Shown: positions 50,301 through 62,233 of the stretch, piece by piece
Position numbering within the stretch: position 1 is the first letter of the stretch
Layout: each line of letters opens with the position of its first letter
Origin: Phyllobates terribilis
Taxonomy: Eukaryota
Length of the DNA: 64,000 nt
Reading direction: 5' to 3'
Assembly: GCF_046119375.1 (NCBI RefSeq)
Contig: NW_027362768.1
Coordinates: 344,100,001 to 344,164,000, forward strand
Position numbers and translations under genes: made by a program
Notes under the pieces: model-generated
What the model was told of the DNA's origin: nothing
The model's database searches: none
What the model saw: only the letters and a program-made list of their open reading frames with translations

Positions 50301-51885
50301 TCACTGTGTACATACATTACATTACTGATCCTGTACTGATCCTGAGTTACATCCTGTATTATACCCCAGAGCTGCACTCACTATTCTGCTGGTGCAGTTA
50401 CTGTGTACATACATTACATTACTGATCCTGAGTTGCCTCCTGTATTATACTCCAGAGCTGCACTCACTATTCTGCTGGTGCAGTCACTGTGTACATACAT
50501 TACTGATCCTGAGTTACATCCTGTATTATACTCCAGAGCTGCACTCACTATTCTGCTGGTGCAGTCACTGTGTACATACATTACATTACTGATCCTGAGT
50601 TACATCCTGTATTATACTCCAGAGCTGCACTCATTATTCTGCTGGTGCAGTCACTGTGTACATACATTACATTACTGATCCTGTACTGATCCTGAGTTAC
50701 ATCCTGTATTATACTCTAGAGCTACAGTCACTTCTGCTGGTGCAGTCACTGTGTACATACATTACATTACTGATCCGGAGTTACATCCTGTATTATACTC
50801 CAGAGCTGCACTCACTATTGTGCTGGTGCAGTCACTGTGTACATACATTACATTACTGATCCTGAGTTACATCCTGTATTATACTCTAGAGCTGCACTCA
50901 CTATTCTGCTGGTGCAGTCACTGTGTACATACATTACATTACTGATCCTGAGTTACATCCTGTATTATACTCCAGAGCTGCACTCACTATTCTGCTGGTG
51001 CAGTCACTGTGTACATACATTACATTACTGATCCTGAGTTACATCCTGTATTATACTCCAGAGCTGCACTCATTATTCTGCTGGTGCAGTCACTGTGTAC
51101 ATACATTACATTACTGATCCTGTACTGATCCTGAGTTACATCCTGTATTATACTCTAGAGCTACAGTCACTTCTGCTGGTGCAGTCACTGTGTACATACA
51201 TTACATTACTGATCCGGAGTTACATCCTGTATTATACTCCAGAGCTGCACTCACTATTCTGCTGGTGCAGTCACTGTGTACATTACATTACTGATCCTGA
51301 GTTACATCCTGTATTATACTCCAGAGCTGCACTCACTATTCTGCTGGTGCAGTCACTGTGTACATACATTACATTACTGATCCTGAGTTACATCCTGTAT
51401 TATACTCCAGAGCTGCACTCATTATTCTGCTGGTGCAGTCACTGTGTACATACATTACATTACTGCTCCTGTACTGATCCTGAGTTACATCCTGTATTAT
51501 ACCCCAGAGCTGCACTCACTATTCTGCTGGTGCAGTTACTGTGTACATACATTACATTACTGATCCTGAGTTGCCTCCTGTATTATACTCCAGAGCTGCA
51601 CTCACTATTCTGCTGGTGCAGTCACTGTGTACATACATTACTGATCCTGAGTTACATCCTGTATTATACTCCAGAGCTGCACTCACTATTCTGCTGGTGC
51701 AGTCACTGTGTACATACATTACATTACTGATCCTGAGTTGCCTCCTGTATTATACTCCAGAGCTGCACTCACTATTCTGCTGGTGCAGTCACTGTGTACA
51801 TACATTACATTACTGATCCTGAGTTACATCCTGTATTATACTCCAGAGCTGCACTCACTATTCTGCTGGTGCAGTCACTGTGTAC
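47305..51885. repeat. 86-bp tandem satellite, ~4.6 kb, ~52 units, between the convergent 3' ends of ARL6IP5 and LMOD3
   Basis: Unit CTGATCCTGAGTTACATCCTGTATTATACTCCAGAGCTGCACTCACTATTCTGCTGGTGCAGTCACTGTGTACATACATTACATTA. The ORF track shows 86-bp periodicity (48063, 48149, 48235). 98-bp variants carry an extra CTGATCCTGTAC-type 12-mer. Confidence 0.97.
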
Positions 51886-53150
51886 TTAGGACAAGAATTA
51901 CATCCATACAGACTTGTTCAGATAAGTTTATTATATTCCCTTTAACAAAATGAGATTTCTGTATAAACGGTAAATAATATTGAGATAATTCTGATCGTTT
52001 CGTTCACAATCACTCACAAAATAGTCTTCCGGATCCAGCACATCAGCCGCTCACCTCTGCCCTTATGTCTTGAGGACCATCTGCTTCTTGTCAGATTTCG
52101 CCTCCTCCTGTTTCCAGACGTGATGAGGCCGTTGGTGCTTGGTACCAAACACGTGGAGATATCTCTGAGGGTTTCCAATGTCTTCAAACATTCCTTATAG
52201 TGTTTACATCCTGGATCTATGGTGTCCTGTTCTTCTTGCTCATCCTGAGTTCTGTCCATGATGATGGTGAAGTCCACATTTGAACATTCTAGAATGGAGC
52301 ATGCACAGATCGCCAAATGTCCCTCTGTCCCTTTTCATATGGATCAGTTGTGGTGACAGTCCTTGACAACAGGTTTCGCATGATCCCTCAGTGGAGCTCT
52401 TGACTATAAAGAGGCCGACAGAATTAATTTGTACTTTTTTTGGCCTCTGTTCTGTCTTTTTATTCGGGCATAGAAGCAAAGTCAACCACTCTATTGTGTA
52501 TTGAGATCAACTGCAATTCCACAACCTACCTGAAGACTAGTGTGGTGCTGTTTACAAAGAAAGCAGCCATGTATTGCAGGGGAGTCGCCATGTTCCACCT
52601 AAAGCAGTAGGTTCAGCCACCTTTCATCCAGCGTATATGAGGTCCTTAACTTACCAATAATTTTCACGCCATTCATGATCAAGGTCAAAAGTGACCAGTG
52701 TTTGCACTTATGTTACTCCTGTTATTGCCCCGAGTAATCAGTTGGTTTTTTTTTTTTTTTTTTTTTTTTTTAAAGGTCATATGGTTCTAAAGATATGTTT
52801 GTTTATTTTTATTTAGAAGCTAATTTTTCCAAGCGGGCAGTGCTTGGGGATCCTCAGGGGCATGTCTTTAGGTGAGCCCTGCCCCCTTTTAAATTCCATA
52901 CAAGTTAGCACTAAATAAAAAGGCCCATATCTCTGGAACCGTATGGCAGATTTAAAAAAAAAAAAAAAAAAAACAGTATGCTCAGGGGATCAGCCGGAAT
53001 AAAATAATCAAAAGTTTAACATTTTTCACCTGGTGACAGGTCTTCTTTAAAATTTGGTTTTCCAGTTTAGAAAATAATTTTCAGTCACCCTGCTATATAT
53101 GTATAACTGGTGGAGAAAGGTTGAACTTGACGGACCTGCTGTTATGTCTT

Positions 53151-53349
53151 TTTTTCTTTTGTTCCTGCTCCTCTCCGTTCCTGAGATATGACCCCCATCT
53201 TCCCTGTATGTAATTATAGTTGTTTTTTTTATCCAACTGGGTGTGATCCTCTTATGGACCACACCCACTTGTCTAAAAAGAATAGCTTTATATCCATAAA
53301 AGAAGAGGCCATATCTCAGGAACGGAGAGGAGCAGGAACAAAAGAAAAA
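53151..53349. mobile_element. Palindromic MITE-like element with a 40-bp perfect inverted repeat
   Basis: 53151-53190 TTTTTCTTTTGTTCCTGCTCCTCTCCGTTCCTGAGATATG is the reverse complement of 53310-53349. Nearby GGTCTTCTTTAA ends suggest a TTAA-type element. Confidence 0.7.
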
Positions 53350-54002
53350 CATCTCCCAATTCAGCAGAACAGCGGCTTTTACACTGGGTAAGTTTATGGG
53401 AAGTGAAAGGTCTTCTTTAAGATCTTCTTACAAATTAGAACTGGTCAAGACCTGACAACACCTTTTTAAAAGTGATTTATATTGGTAAGTTGTGTTATAC
53501 CTAGCTAACAAGTTTTAGATAACTGGGATTCGGGACTAGATTTAGATGATTACAATTTTAGTACGTTGTGTTCCTCACTATCCTGGTTCACCAAGTGGCA
53601 TTCTCGTGGTCAGCAGCGCTTTCCTTCACATCTCCGATGTCCAAACAAGATAGGGATTGCAACATTTATGACGTCGCGTGCCAACACAAAGTATCGGTAG
53701 AGGGATCCGGCTTCCAAAAAACTTGCGGTGCAATTTATTTACATACAGAAAAAACATCGAAATGGCAAGATAATATCAGTCGTAGCTCAGAAGCGCGATC
53801 ATGGTGCATCTCGCATTCAAAATACATAAATACGTCCCAATGTGCCTGGTCTGAATCTGGGCTCACACATGCATTTGCTTTCCTTCCATCCCACTGTTAT
53901 ATTGTTCTGTGTTGATCCCATGAAACTCTCAGCTGTCTGCCCATTGTCTTTAGTAATTCACTGTCTATATGTAAGAGTTTTCATTACATTCACGCCCAGT
54001 CA

Positions 54003-54029
54003 TTACTCCAGCTCTTTGGGTAATGGTAC
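54003..54029 (-). CDS. LMOD3: Leiomodin-3 last coding exon (27 nt incl. stop)
   Basis: Acceptor TTTATTACAG, then GTA CCA TTA CCC AAA GAG CTG GAG TAA = VPLPKELE* (human VQLPKELA*). Confidence 0.93.
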   Translation of the reverse strand, partial: VPLPKELE

Positions 54030-55017
54030 CTGTAATAAACCAAATACAGTAATTAGTAATCAGCACTCATTTCAGTTTTAGGATTAGTATATAAATGGAG
54101 TCTAACTTCTTTTTCTTTCAAAAACAGCACCGCTCTTTTCTATTGGCTGTGTCTCGTATTGCAACTTTTTACTTAGATATTGCTATACCAGATTGGCAAA
54201 AGTATTCTTTTTTTTGTAAAGTTTTATAACCCCCTTTAGGACACATGTTGGGCAATAATATTTTTAGATGATGGTTATTATTAATACTGCAACTTTAACA
54301 CTTTTTAAAAAAAAAAAATGTATCTGCTGCCAACATTTCGCCACCGGAATTTTCAGAGTTTTATGTTCCTACAGAGTTTTTTTTTTCAGTCATTTTAGAG
54401 CAGTAAAATCCCTTTCAAAAACTCTTGGGAAAACTTTTCCAATTCTATTCCAATTTCTATGGGAAATGCATTTTGAGAGATGGGCCCATAATGTCTTTTT
54501 TTTTTTTTCCCTAGGAGAAGCTGCTTCAGCAAAACGCCGGTGGTCTTCTTCCTGAAGTAGCTTTGCTGGTGGCATTACCTCGGGTTTTTTTTTCCCGGGG
54601 ATCAACTACTATCAGGGTTGGACTGGCTCATCAGAGAACCGGTGGGCCCTGGCTTCTCCTTCAGGAGCGTTCATAGTGCAAACCTTGCAGCTGTTATGGG
54701 GCTCTTGAGTGGGGGAGAAAGGTGGGCCCTCAGAATCAAACCCTCTGCAGGGCCAATGTTCTTCAGTCTGACACTACTATAGTAACGCGCGTGTGTACAT
54801 ATCCTTACAAGCAGAGAACTGTGCTTATTACATGCCTGATACAGATTCACAGCAGGGGTTCCAGTGCTTGGGTCCCCATCAAAAATATTAATGACCTATC
54901 CTAAGGCTAGGCTATCAATGTTAAAAATGTAGCCCTTGGGGTGACTGGCTGATCTCCGAGAATCCCATTTCCCCTGCATCTGCCATCCATGTCATACAAG
55001 GATTACCTGAGCCTGGC

Positions 55018-55802
55018 AGCCAGGAACCAGTATCAGCCTGAAAGCAGTATCAGCATGGAACCAGTATCAGCCTGGAACCTGTATCAGCCTGGAACCTGTA
55101 TCAGCCTGAAAGCAGTATCAGCATGGAACCTGTATCAGCCTGGAACCTGTATCAGCCTGGAACCGGTATCAGCATGGAACCAGTATCAGCATGGAACCAG
55201 TATCAGCCTGGAACCTGTATCAGCCTGGAACCAGTATCAGCCTGGAACCTGTATCAGACTGGAACCTGTATCAGCCTGGAACCAGTATCAGCCTGGAACC
55301 AGTATCAGCCTGGAACCTGTATCAGCCTGGAACCAGTATCAGCCTGGAACCTGTATCAGCCTGGAACCTGTATCAGCCTGGAACCAGTATCAGCCTGGAA
55401 CCTGTATCAGCCTGGAACCAGTATCAGCCTGGAACCTGTATCAGCCTGGAACCTGTATCAGCCTGGAACCAGTATCAGCATGGAACCAGTATCAGCCTGG
55501 AACCTGTATCAGCCTGAAAGCAGTATCAGCATGGAACCTGTATCAGCCTGGAACCTGTATCAGCCTGGAACCGGTATCAGCCTGGAACCGGTATCAGCAT
55601 GGAACCAGTATCAGCATGGAACCAGTATCAGCCTGGAACCTGTATCAGCCTGGAACCAGTATCAGCCTGGAACCTGTATCAGACTGGAACCTGTATCAGC
55701 CTGGAACCAGTATCAGCCTGGAACCAGTATCAGCCTGGAACCTGTATCAGCCTGGAACCTGTATCAGCCTGGAACCAGTATCAGCCTGGAACCAGTATCA
55801 GC
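55018..55802. repeat. 17-bp minisatellite, ~46 units, LMOD3 intron 2
   Basis: Unit CAGCCTGGAACC(T/A)GTAT; three units make the 17-aa pseudo-repeat seen in the ORF track. Confidence 0.95.
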
Positions 55803-56486
55803 TCACTATTGGACAACCCTCTATTAATTGGCCCAGGCAGGTGAAAAAATATTAAAAAAAAATTATACTCACCTTCTGAAATAGCGTCACTCCATTGTAT
55901 TCTGCTCTGTGTCTCCTGCTGCTTCCCTGGCATCATCCTCAAGCTTGGGAGTCACATGAGCACTGCAGCTAATCCATGGCCACTGATCAACTGCAGCGTT
56001 CACATTTCATCTGAGAAACTACCGCAGCTGAATTGTGACCGTTGTAGCCCATGAGTAGCCATGATTGGCTGCAGCGTTCATATGAAGCACCTGACAAATG
56101 TTGCTCTCAGCCTCGCGAGGGAAACTTCAGCACCAGTCTGAAGGGTAGGTATCTTCTTTTTTTTTTTACCTCCCAGTCCTATTAATCAGGTGTTAACCAG
56201 TAATGGACAATCCCTTTAAGTTTCATCAAGGTGGTGTGTAAGCCTTGTTTAAAGACATAAAAATGTGAAAAATATGTGGGTTGATTTATCAAAAAGTGTG
56301 CAAATGCTCTGAGTTTTCCTTTGTACTGTTTTTGGTAAATCTCACCAACTATGGTAAAATCCTGCCAGGATCGGTTTGAAAAATTTCGATTTTTTTTCAA
56401 CTAAAATATTTATCAAAAACATAAATCTGAAAATAACCTACATAGGTGTGAAAATATGCCGTACATCCACCCAAATATTCTCTTAC

Positions 56487-58025
56487 CGCTTTCAGATAGG
56501 CCACATTACTCTGGCGAATATCTTGAAGAAGCTCATCTCTTGGCGTCAAGTTGACAAGAGGAGGTGGACGATTCCTTGGCACGGGCTTCAAGGTTTTTAT
56601 TACATCTTTAAGATTGGTTTTCTCTGACAGCTCTGAATTTTGAGATGCACTTGACTGGGGTTTTGCCCTTTTGAGCTGTATCATGTCTCGCAAACTAGTC
56701 TTATCTACTTCTTCTCTTAACTTTTGGGCAACGGATTTTGATTGAAATTTTTTAAGCTTCACTTCTTGGAAAGGTGGAGGCTCGGAATTACACTTATTTT
56801 CCAAATTAAGCTCTACTTTGTTCTGTTTACTTTTTCTAAGGGGCGGCACTGGAATTTTTGGTTCCTCGGGAATCGGTGGCATTCTTGAGTTGGAAGCTGG
56901 GGGTGGCATTCTGGAAGCTGGAGTTTGTTGTGGTTGGTTCAACATCGCCCAAAGTTCTGGAGGAATTCCCATACCTAGACCATTTTCCAACAAATTAAAG
57001 ATCTCTTCCTGTTCTTTAACTTGTTGCTGTTGTTGTTCCTCTTTTCTTTTTTGCCTTTGCTTGTCCAGATTTCTACTTAGCAGATTAGTGACCACCATTC
57101 TTGGACCTGGCAGTTCGAAATGATAACCCATTTTCAACAACGTGTTGTTGGCCTTCAGAAGTCTTGCAATTTCCATCTCAGAATGGTGACCCAACATATG
57201 TCTTTGATTGTGAAACCTCAGCTCGGTCAAGGATTCGTTGAACTGAAGACATCGCACAATGGCCACAATTCCTTTTCCGGTAATAAAATTGGATTCAATG
57301 TTTAAGGTGGTAATGCTTCTGTTTTCTCGTAACATATTGGCCAGGGTGAAGGCCGCATTCTCATCTGCTCCTACGTTTGTCATACTGAAAGTCTTTACGT
57401 GTTTGTTTTTCTTCAAAGCATTGATAAAGTCCAGTAGCATCTCCTTTGGAATATTCTCGATGTTGTTTAAGTTGACTTCTATCACATCTGGATTGCTCTC
57501 CCGGATGTTCTGCAATGTTCTATCCAAGTTGGTTTGATTTCCAGAAGGCCTCGCGCTCATCTTGATAAAACTGGAGTCCATTGCTAATTTCTTGGGTATA
57601 TTTAATTTTGAGATCTTTCCCGGTGGTTTATTATCCTCAGCTTTTTCAGACGGGTCTTGAGCTTCGTTGGCGGTGGGACTTGTTTCATCACTCTTCTCTT
57701 CTTCTGGTTCCTTCTCTTCTTCTGGTTCCTTCTCCACAACTTCTTCATTCTGTGGGGATTCCAGACGACTTTCCTCAACTTCTTCAGTGTCTGTTTTGTC
57801 TTCTTTTTCTGATTCTATTTCTGCCTCACTGTTTTGATAGGTTTCTGTCTCTTCTTCTACCTCATCTGTCATCACATTTTCTATGTCACAAACGTCTTCC
57901 AATGTTTCATTATGACTTTCTTCTGGTTCTGGTGGTTCTACTACATTTTCTTGGTTATCTTGGTCATTGGTTGTCTCCTCTTCTCGTTGCGTCTCCTTCT
58001 CCTCTTCCACTCTGGAAATTATTCT
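56487..58025 (-). CDS. LMOD3: Leiomodin-3 exon 2 (1539 nt): acidic linker, LRR/ABS2 domain, Pro-rich region, WH2
   Basis: Phase-0 acceptor TTTTTAATATTAG at 58026, exon starts [13 protein letters not shown] block [84 protein letters not shown] matches LMOD3. Ends AYLKA|GTAAGA. Confidence 0.96.
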
Positions 58026-58826
58026 CTAATATTAAAAACATAATAATATTTATGGTGAATTTTGAAGTGTCACAGATAAAAATAATATTGAAATTAATAC
58101 AAAACTAAAGAAAGTCTATACTCTGCACTCTACAGACAAACTAGAGACCTCTGTCGATGGAGGGTGCACAGTTTGTAAAAGGTTGGCAGTCGTCCCATGC
58201 AAAGAAGGTCCACCAGATCTTCTGCACTACTCTTCGTTCAATGTAACAGAGAGGGGAAGGGGCAATCGGAGAACGCCCTGTATGAAAACCAGTAGGGTAC
58301 ATAGACAGAATTAACCAGCCGAAACAGCTAACTTAAGGGTCAATGTGCCAAATTTTAGCGTTTGGTAAAGGAAAAGGAGAATACCAATCTGGTGACAATC
58401 CACACTACAACAGCTGTTGCACCTGAAACCACGCCCGAAGTGATGGTCAAAGGAGGCATTAATGGAGGCTAATCGTGCAGCCATTGGCCAATACAGGTGA
58501 GAGTTGTCAATGTGTGTGAGTCACCTGATCGTATTAAAATACTTAAAGGGAATGTGTCACCATAAAATTACTGATTGTTTTAAATAGTTTTTTTTATGTT
58601 AAATGTATATATATTTGTATTTTTTTAAACATTTTTTCTATTTTATTTCTATTTTTCTTATCACTACACTAAAAAAAAAAAAAAAAAACTTGTAATTTTC
58701 ATACTGACCACTAGGCCTAATATTAGACTCCTACTTCATGTTCTTCACATTTGCAGCAATTGACTGAACCAAACCCTATTTATTTGTATAGAAGAATTGT
58801 CTGCGGTAATCTGGTCATAATGAAGA

Positions 58827-59363
58827 GAGGAGGAGGAGGTGAGCTGTGCCATCACCTATTGTGAATGGTGGATCCAGTGTTATCTACGGTATATAGAGGT
58901 GTTATCAGTCATTATACAGGAGGGGGAGGAGGTGAGCTATGACATCACCTATTGTGAATGGTAGATCCTGTGTTATCTACTGTATATAGAGGTGTTATCA
59001 GTCATTGTACAGGAGGAGGAGGTGAGCTGTGACATCACCTATTGTGAATGGTGGATCCTGTGTTATCTACTGTATATAGAGGTGTTATCAGTCATTGTAT
59101 AGGAGGAGGAAGAGGTGAGCTGTGACATCACCTATTGTGAATGGTGGATCCTGTGTTATCTACTGTATATAGAGGTGTTATCAGTCATTGTACAGGAGGA
59201 GGAGGTGAGCTGTGACATCACTTATTGTGAATGGTGGATCCTGTATTATCTACTGTATATAGAGGTGTTATCAGTCATTGTACAGGAGGGGGAGGAGGTG
59301 AGCTGTGACATCACCTATTGTGAATGGTGGATCCTGTGTTAAGTTCTGTATATAGAGGTGTTA
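58827..59363. repeat. 90/93-bp minisatellite, 6 units, LMOD3 intron 1
   Basis: Unit GAGGAGGAGGTGAGCTGTGACATCACCTATTGTGAATGGTGGATCCTGTGTTATCTACTGTATATAGAGGTGTTATCAGTCATTGTACAG. The ATCAC marker occurs at 58851, 58944, 59034, 59127, 59217 and 59310. Confidence 0.93.
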
Positions 59364-59675
59364 CCATGAGATAGAAATAAACTAAAAATAAGTAAAAATA
59401 ATAAGAGATATTAGCGTCCTCATTTATTCTTCTGGGTGAATTGCGGTAATGTGAAAGCAGACAGCTGGACAGGTCACGTGAGCATCTGCTATTCTGATCG
59501 CTCTGACTATACTCTCTATACGTGCCATCTAACACGTCATGTATTCTTATAACAGAGACATCATGTGACACCGATGACTACAAGTCCCAGCATAAAACTT
59601 TCAGCAGTGAGTGCATTAAATAAAATATGCCATATCGGTTGCTGCACAGTAACTATATCCATAGTTTACCTATAA

Positions 59676-60318
59676 GGCTAAGTTCCCACAATGAGCTTTT
59701 CGTGAGTTTTTGATGTTTCAGATTTTTTTTGCACCATTTCTGCTCCCAATAAGTAAAATAGTTGACTTGTATTTTTTTTAAAAATACGCAGCATAAAAAA
59801 AACTCACCAAAAACTCATCGTGAGAACGTAGCCTACAGTTCTAGCAAAGTGGACAGGATTTAACGAAATCTCATGCCCACTGCGCTTCTTTTTAACGCTG
59901 CGTAAACTCAAATGCAGGGCGTTTTTCAAATCCGCAGCATGACAATTTCTCTTGCGGGTACTCTGACTTTTCTGTGCGGATTTCCCCCATAGCTAGCCTT
60001 ACATTAGATGAGGAAAATCCGCAGGTAAAAACCTCACATGCTTTTTTAGTGCGTTTTCCGCAACAGAATCACATAATAAACGCATGTAATCTGCACCTAA
60101 GTATAGCAATAAAGATTTGTCAAAGCAAAAAAGATAAGAAGCATAAAAAACACAGCAGCTTTATTTTAAGCATAACACACCAAAAAGAGACAAAAATCGC
60201 AGCGTCAAAAACGCCATAAAAGCGCAATGAAAAAACGCGAGTAAACTGATCTAAATAAGAGGTGCAGAAATTCTGCAACATCAAGAACGCACCAAAACCT
60301 CATTGTGGGAACATAGCC
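59676..60318. mobile_element. PIF/Harbinger-type MITE, 643 bp
   Basis: TAA TSD at 59673-59675 and 60319-60321. TIRs GGCTAAGTTCCCACAATGAG / CTCATTGTGGGAACATAGCC (19/20). An extra internal TIR-like end lies at ~59814-59833. Confidence 0.8.
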
Positions 60319-60447
60319 TAAAGGAGAATTATCACTTCATCCCAGAGCAGATTGCTGCTGAATAGCGCCCCCTACTGAAATATAACTTTTTCTTTTACAA
60401 AAGTACAGTGTTTCTCTTAGGAAATTCAGATTCTGATCCTTAAATCC

Positions 60448-60606
60448 NNNNNNNNNNNNNNNNNNNNNNNNNNNNNNNNNNNNNNNNNNNNNNNNNNNNN
60501 NNNNNNNNNNNNNNNNNNNNNNNNNNNNNNNNNNNNNNNNNNNNNNNNNNNNNNNNNNNNNNNNNNNNNNNNNNNNNNNNNNNNNNNNNNNNNNNNNNNN
60601 NNNNNN
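60448..60606. other. Assembly gap (159 N)
   Basis: Run of n characters. Confidence 1.
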
Positions 60607-62233
60607 GCACCCCTATTAATCTTAAGCTTAATGTTTTATAAAAATTGGTGTTTTTGCAACAGCTATTTCAGTTTGATATACGTAATAACTGTTGGATACA
60701 GTAATGTTTCTGCCTTGAAATGAGGTTAATTGTACTAACAGAAAATGTGCAATCTGCATTCAAACAAAATTTGACAGGTGCATAAGTATGGGCACCTCAC
60801 CAGAAAAGTGACATTAATATTTAGTAGATCCTCCTTTTGCAAAAATAACAGCCTCTAGTCGCTTCCTGTAGCTTTTAATGAGTTCCTGGATCCTGGATGA
60901 AGGTATTTTTGACCATTCCTCTTTACAAAACAATTCCAGTTCAGTTAAGTTTGATGGTTGCCGAGCATGGACAGCCCTCTTCAAATGATCCCACAGATGT
61001 TCAATGATATTCAGGTCTGGGGACTGGGATGGCCATTCCAGAACATTGTAATTGTTCCTCTGCATGAATGCCTGAGTAGATTTGGAGCGGTGTTTTGGAT
61101 CATTGTCTTGCTGAAAGATCCATCCACTGCGTAACTTCAACTTTATCACTGATTCTTGAACACTATTGCCAAGAATCTGCTGATATTGAGTGGAATCCAT
61201 GCGTCCCTCAACTTTAACAAGATTCCCAGTGCCGGCATTGGCCACACAGCCCCAAAGCATGATGGAACGTCCACCAAATTTTACTGTGGGTAGCAAGTGT
61301 TTTTCTTGGAATGCTGTGTTTTTTTGCCACCATGCATAACGCCTTTTTGTATGACCAAACAACTCAATCTTGGTTTCATCAGTCCACAGGACCTTCTTCC
61401 AAACAGAAATAGGCTTCTTCAAATGTGCTTTTGCATACCTCAGCCGACTCTGTTTGTGCGTACTTGCAGAAACGGCTTCTTTCTCATCACTCTCCCATAC
61501 AGCTTCTCCTTGTGCAAAGTGTGTTGTATAGTTGACCGATGCACAGTGACACCATCTGCAGCAAGTTGATGCTGCAGCTCTCTGGAGGTGGTCTGAGGAT
61601 TGTCCTTGACTGATCTCACCATTCTTCTTCTCTGCCTTTCTGATGTTTTTCTTGTCCTGACACTTCTGGCCTTAACAAGAACTGTCCCTATGTTCTTCCA
61701 TTTCCTTACTATGTTCCTCACAGTGGAAACTGACAGGTTAAATCTCTGAGACAGCTTTTTGTATCCTTCCCCTGAACAACTATGTTGAATAATCTTTGTT
61801 TTCAGATCATTTGACAGTTGTTTTGAGGAGCCCATGATGCCACTCTTCAGAGGAGATTCAAACAGGAGAACAACTTGCAAGTGGCCACTTTAAGTAGCTT
61901 TTCTCATGATTGCATACACCTGGCTATAAAGTTCAAAGCTCAATGAGGTTACAAAACCAAAAAAGTGCTTTAGTAAGTCAGTAAAAAGTAGGCAGGAGTA
62001 TTTAAAACAAGAAAATGATAAGGGTGCCCATACTTATGCACCGGTCAAATTTTGTTTGAATGCAGATTGCACATTTTCTGTTAGCACAATAAACCTCATT
62101 TCAAAGCAGAAACATTACTGTGTCCAACAGTTATTACATATATCAAACTGAAATAGCTGTTGCAAAAACACCAATTTTTATAAAACATTAAGCTTAAGAT
62201 TAATAGGGGTGCCCAAACTTTTTCATATGACTG
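60607..62233 (-). mobile_element. Tc1 element (DD34E, ~211-bp IR/DR TIRs); LMOD3 intron 1, same orientation as LMOD3; left tip lost in the gap
   Basis: Right terminus ...TTTTTCATATGACTG followed by TA at 62234-62235. TIR 62023-62233 matches 60607-60796 (I counted 6 mismatches in the inner ~125 bp); about 21 nt of the left TIR is missing at the gap. Confidence 0.93.
60814..61835 (-). pseudogene. Tc1 transposase with a single 1-nt frameshift near 61460
   Basis: MGSSKQLSNDLK...RKKPFLQVR; restoring one C gives HKQSRLRYAKAHLKKP...WTDETK...QQDNDPKH-(34 aa)-EHLW...GGSTKY*, 340 aa. The GRPR motif has decayed to VRTR. Confidence 0.9.

Noticed and set aside
47265-51953. Hydrophobic ORFs (YITDPELHPVLYSRAALTILLVQSL...)
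   Set aside because: Translations of the 86-bp satellite.
54989-55855. 288- and 234-aa ORFs with SLEPVSAWNLYQPGT repeats
   Set aside because: The 17-bp monomer is stop-free in all plus frames. The region lies antisense inside LMOD3 intron 2 and has no exon signals.
56397-56486. Alternative LMOD3 C-terminus by read-through (VREYLGG...FS*), which would keep the LKAV motif
   Set aside because: A good donor (GCG|GTAAGA) and a conserved terminal exon exist, and I found no minus-strand AATAAA close downstream to support intronic polyadenylation.
58010-58013. LMOD3 exon 2 start at the ORF-track GTG or at the TTCCAG acceptor (58012)
   Set aside because: Exon 1 ends in phase 0. The 58012 acceptor gives an early stop, and only the TAG at 58028-58026 preserves the frame.
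56818-58108. Plus-strand ORFs opposite LMOD3 exon 2
   Set aside because: Antisense shadows of a Glu/Lys-rich coding strand.
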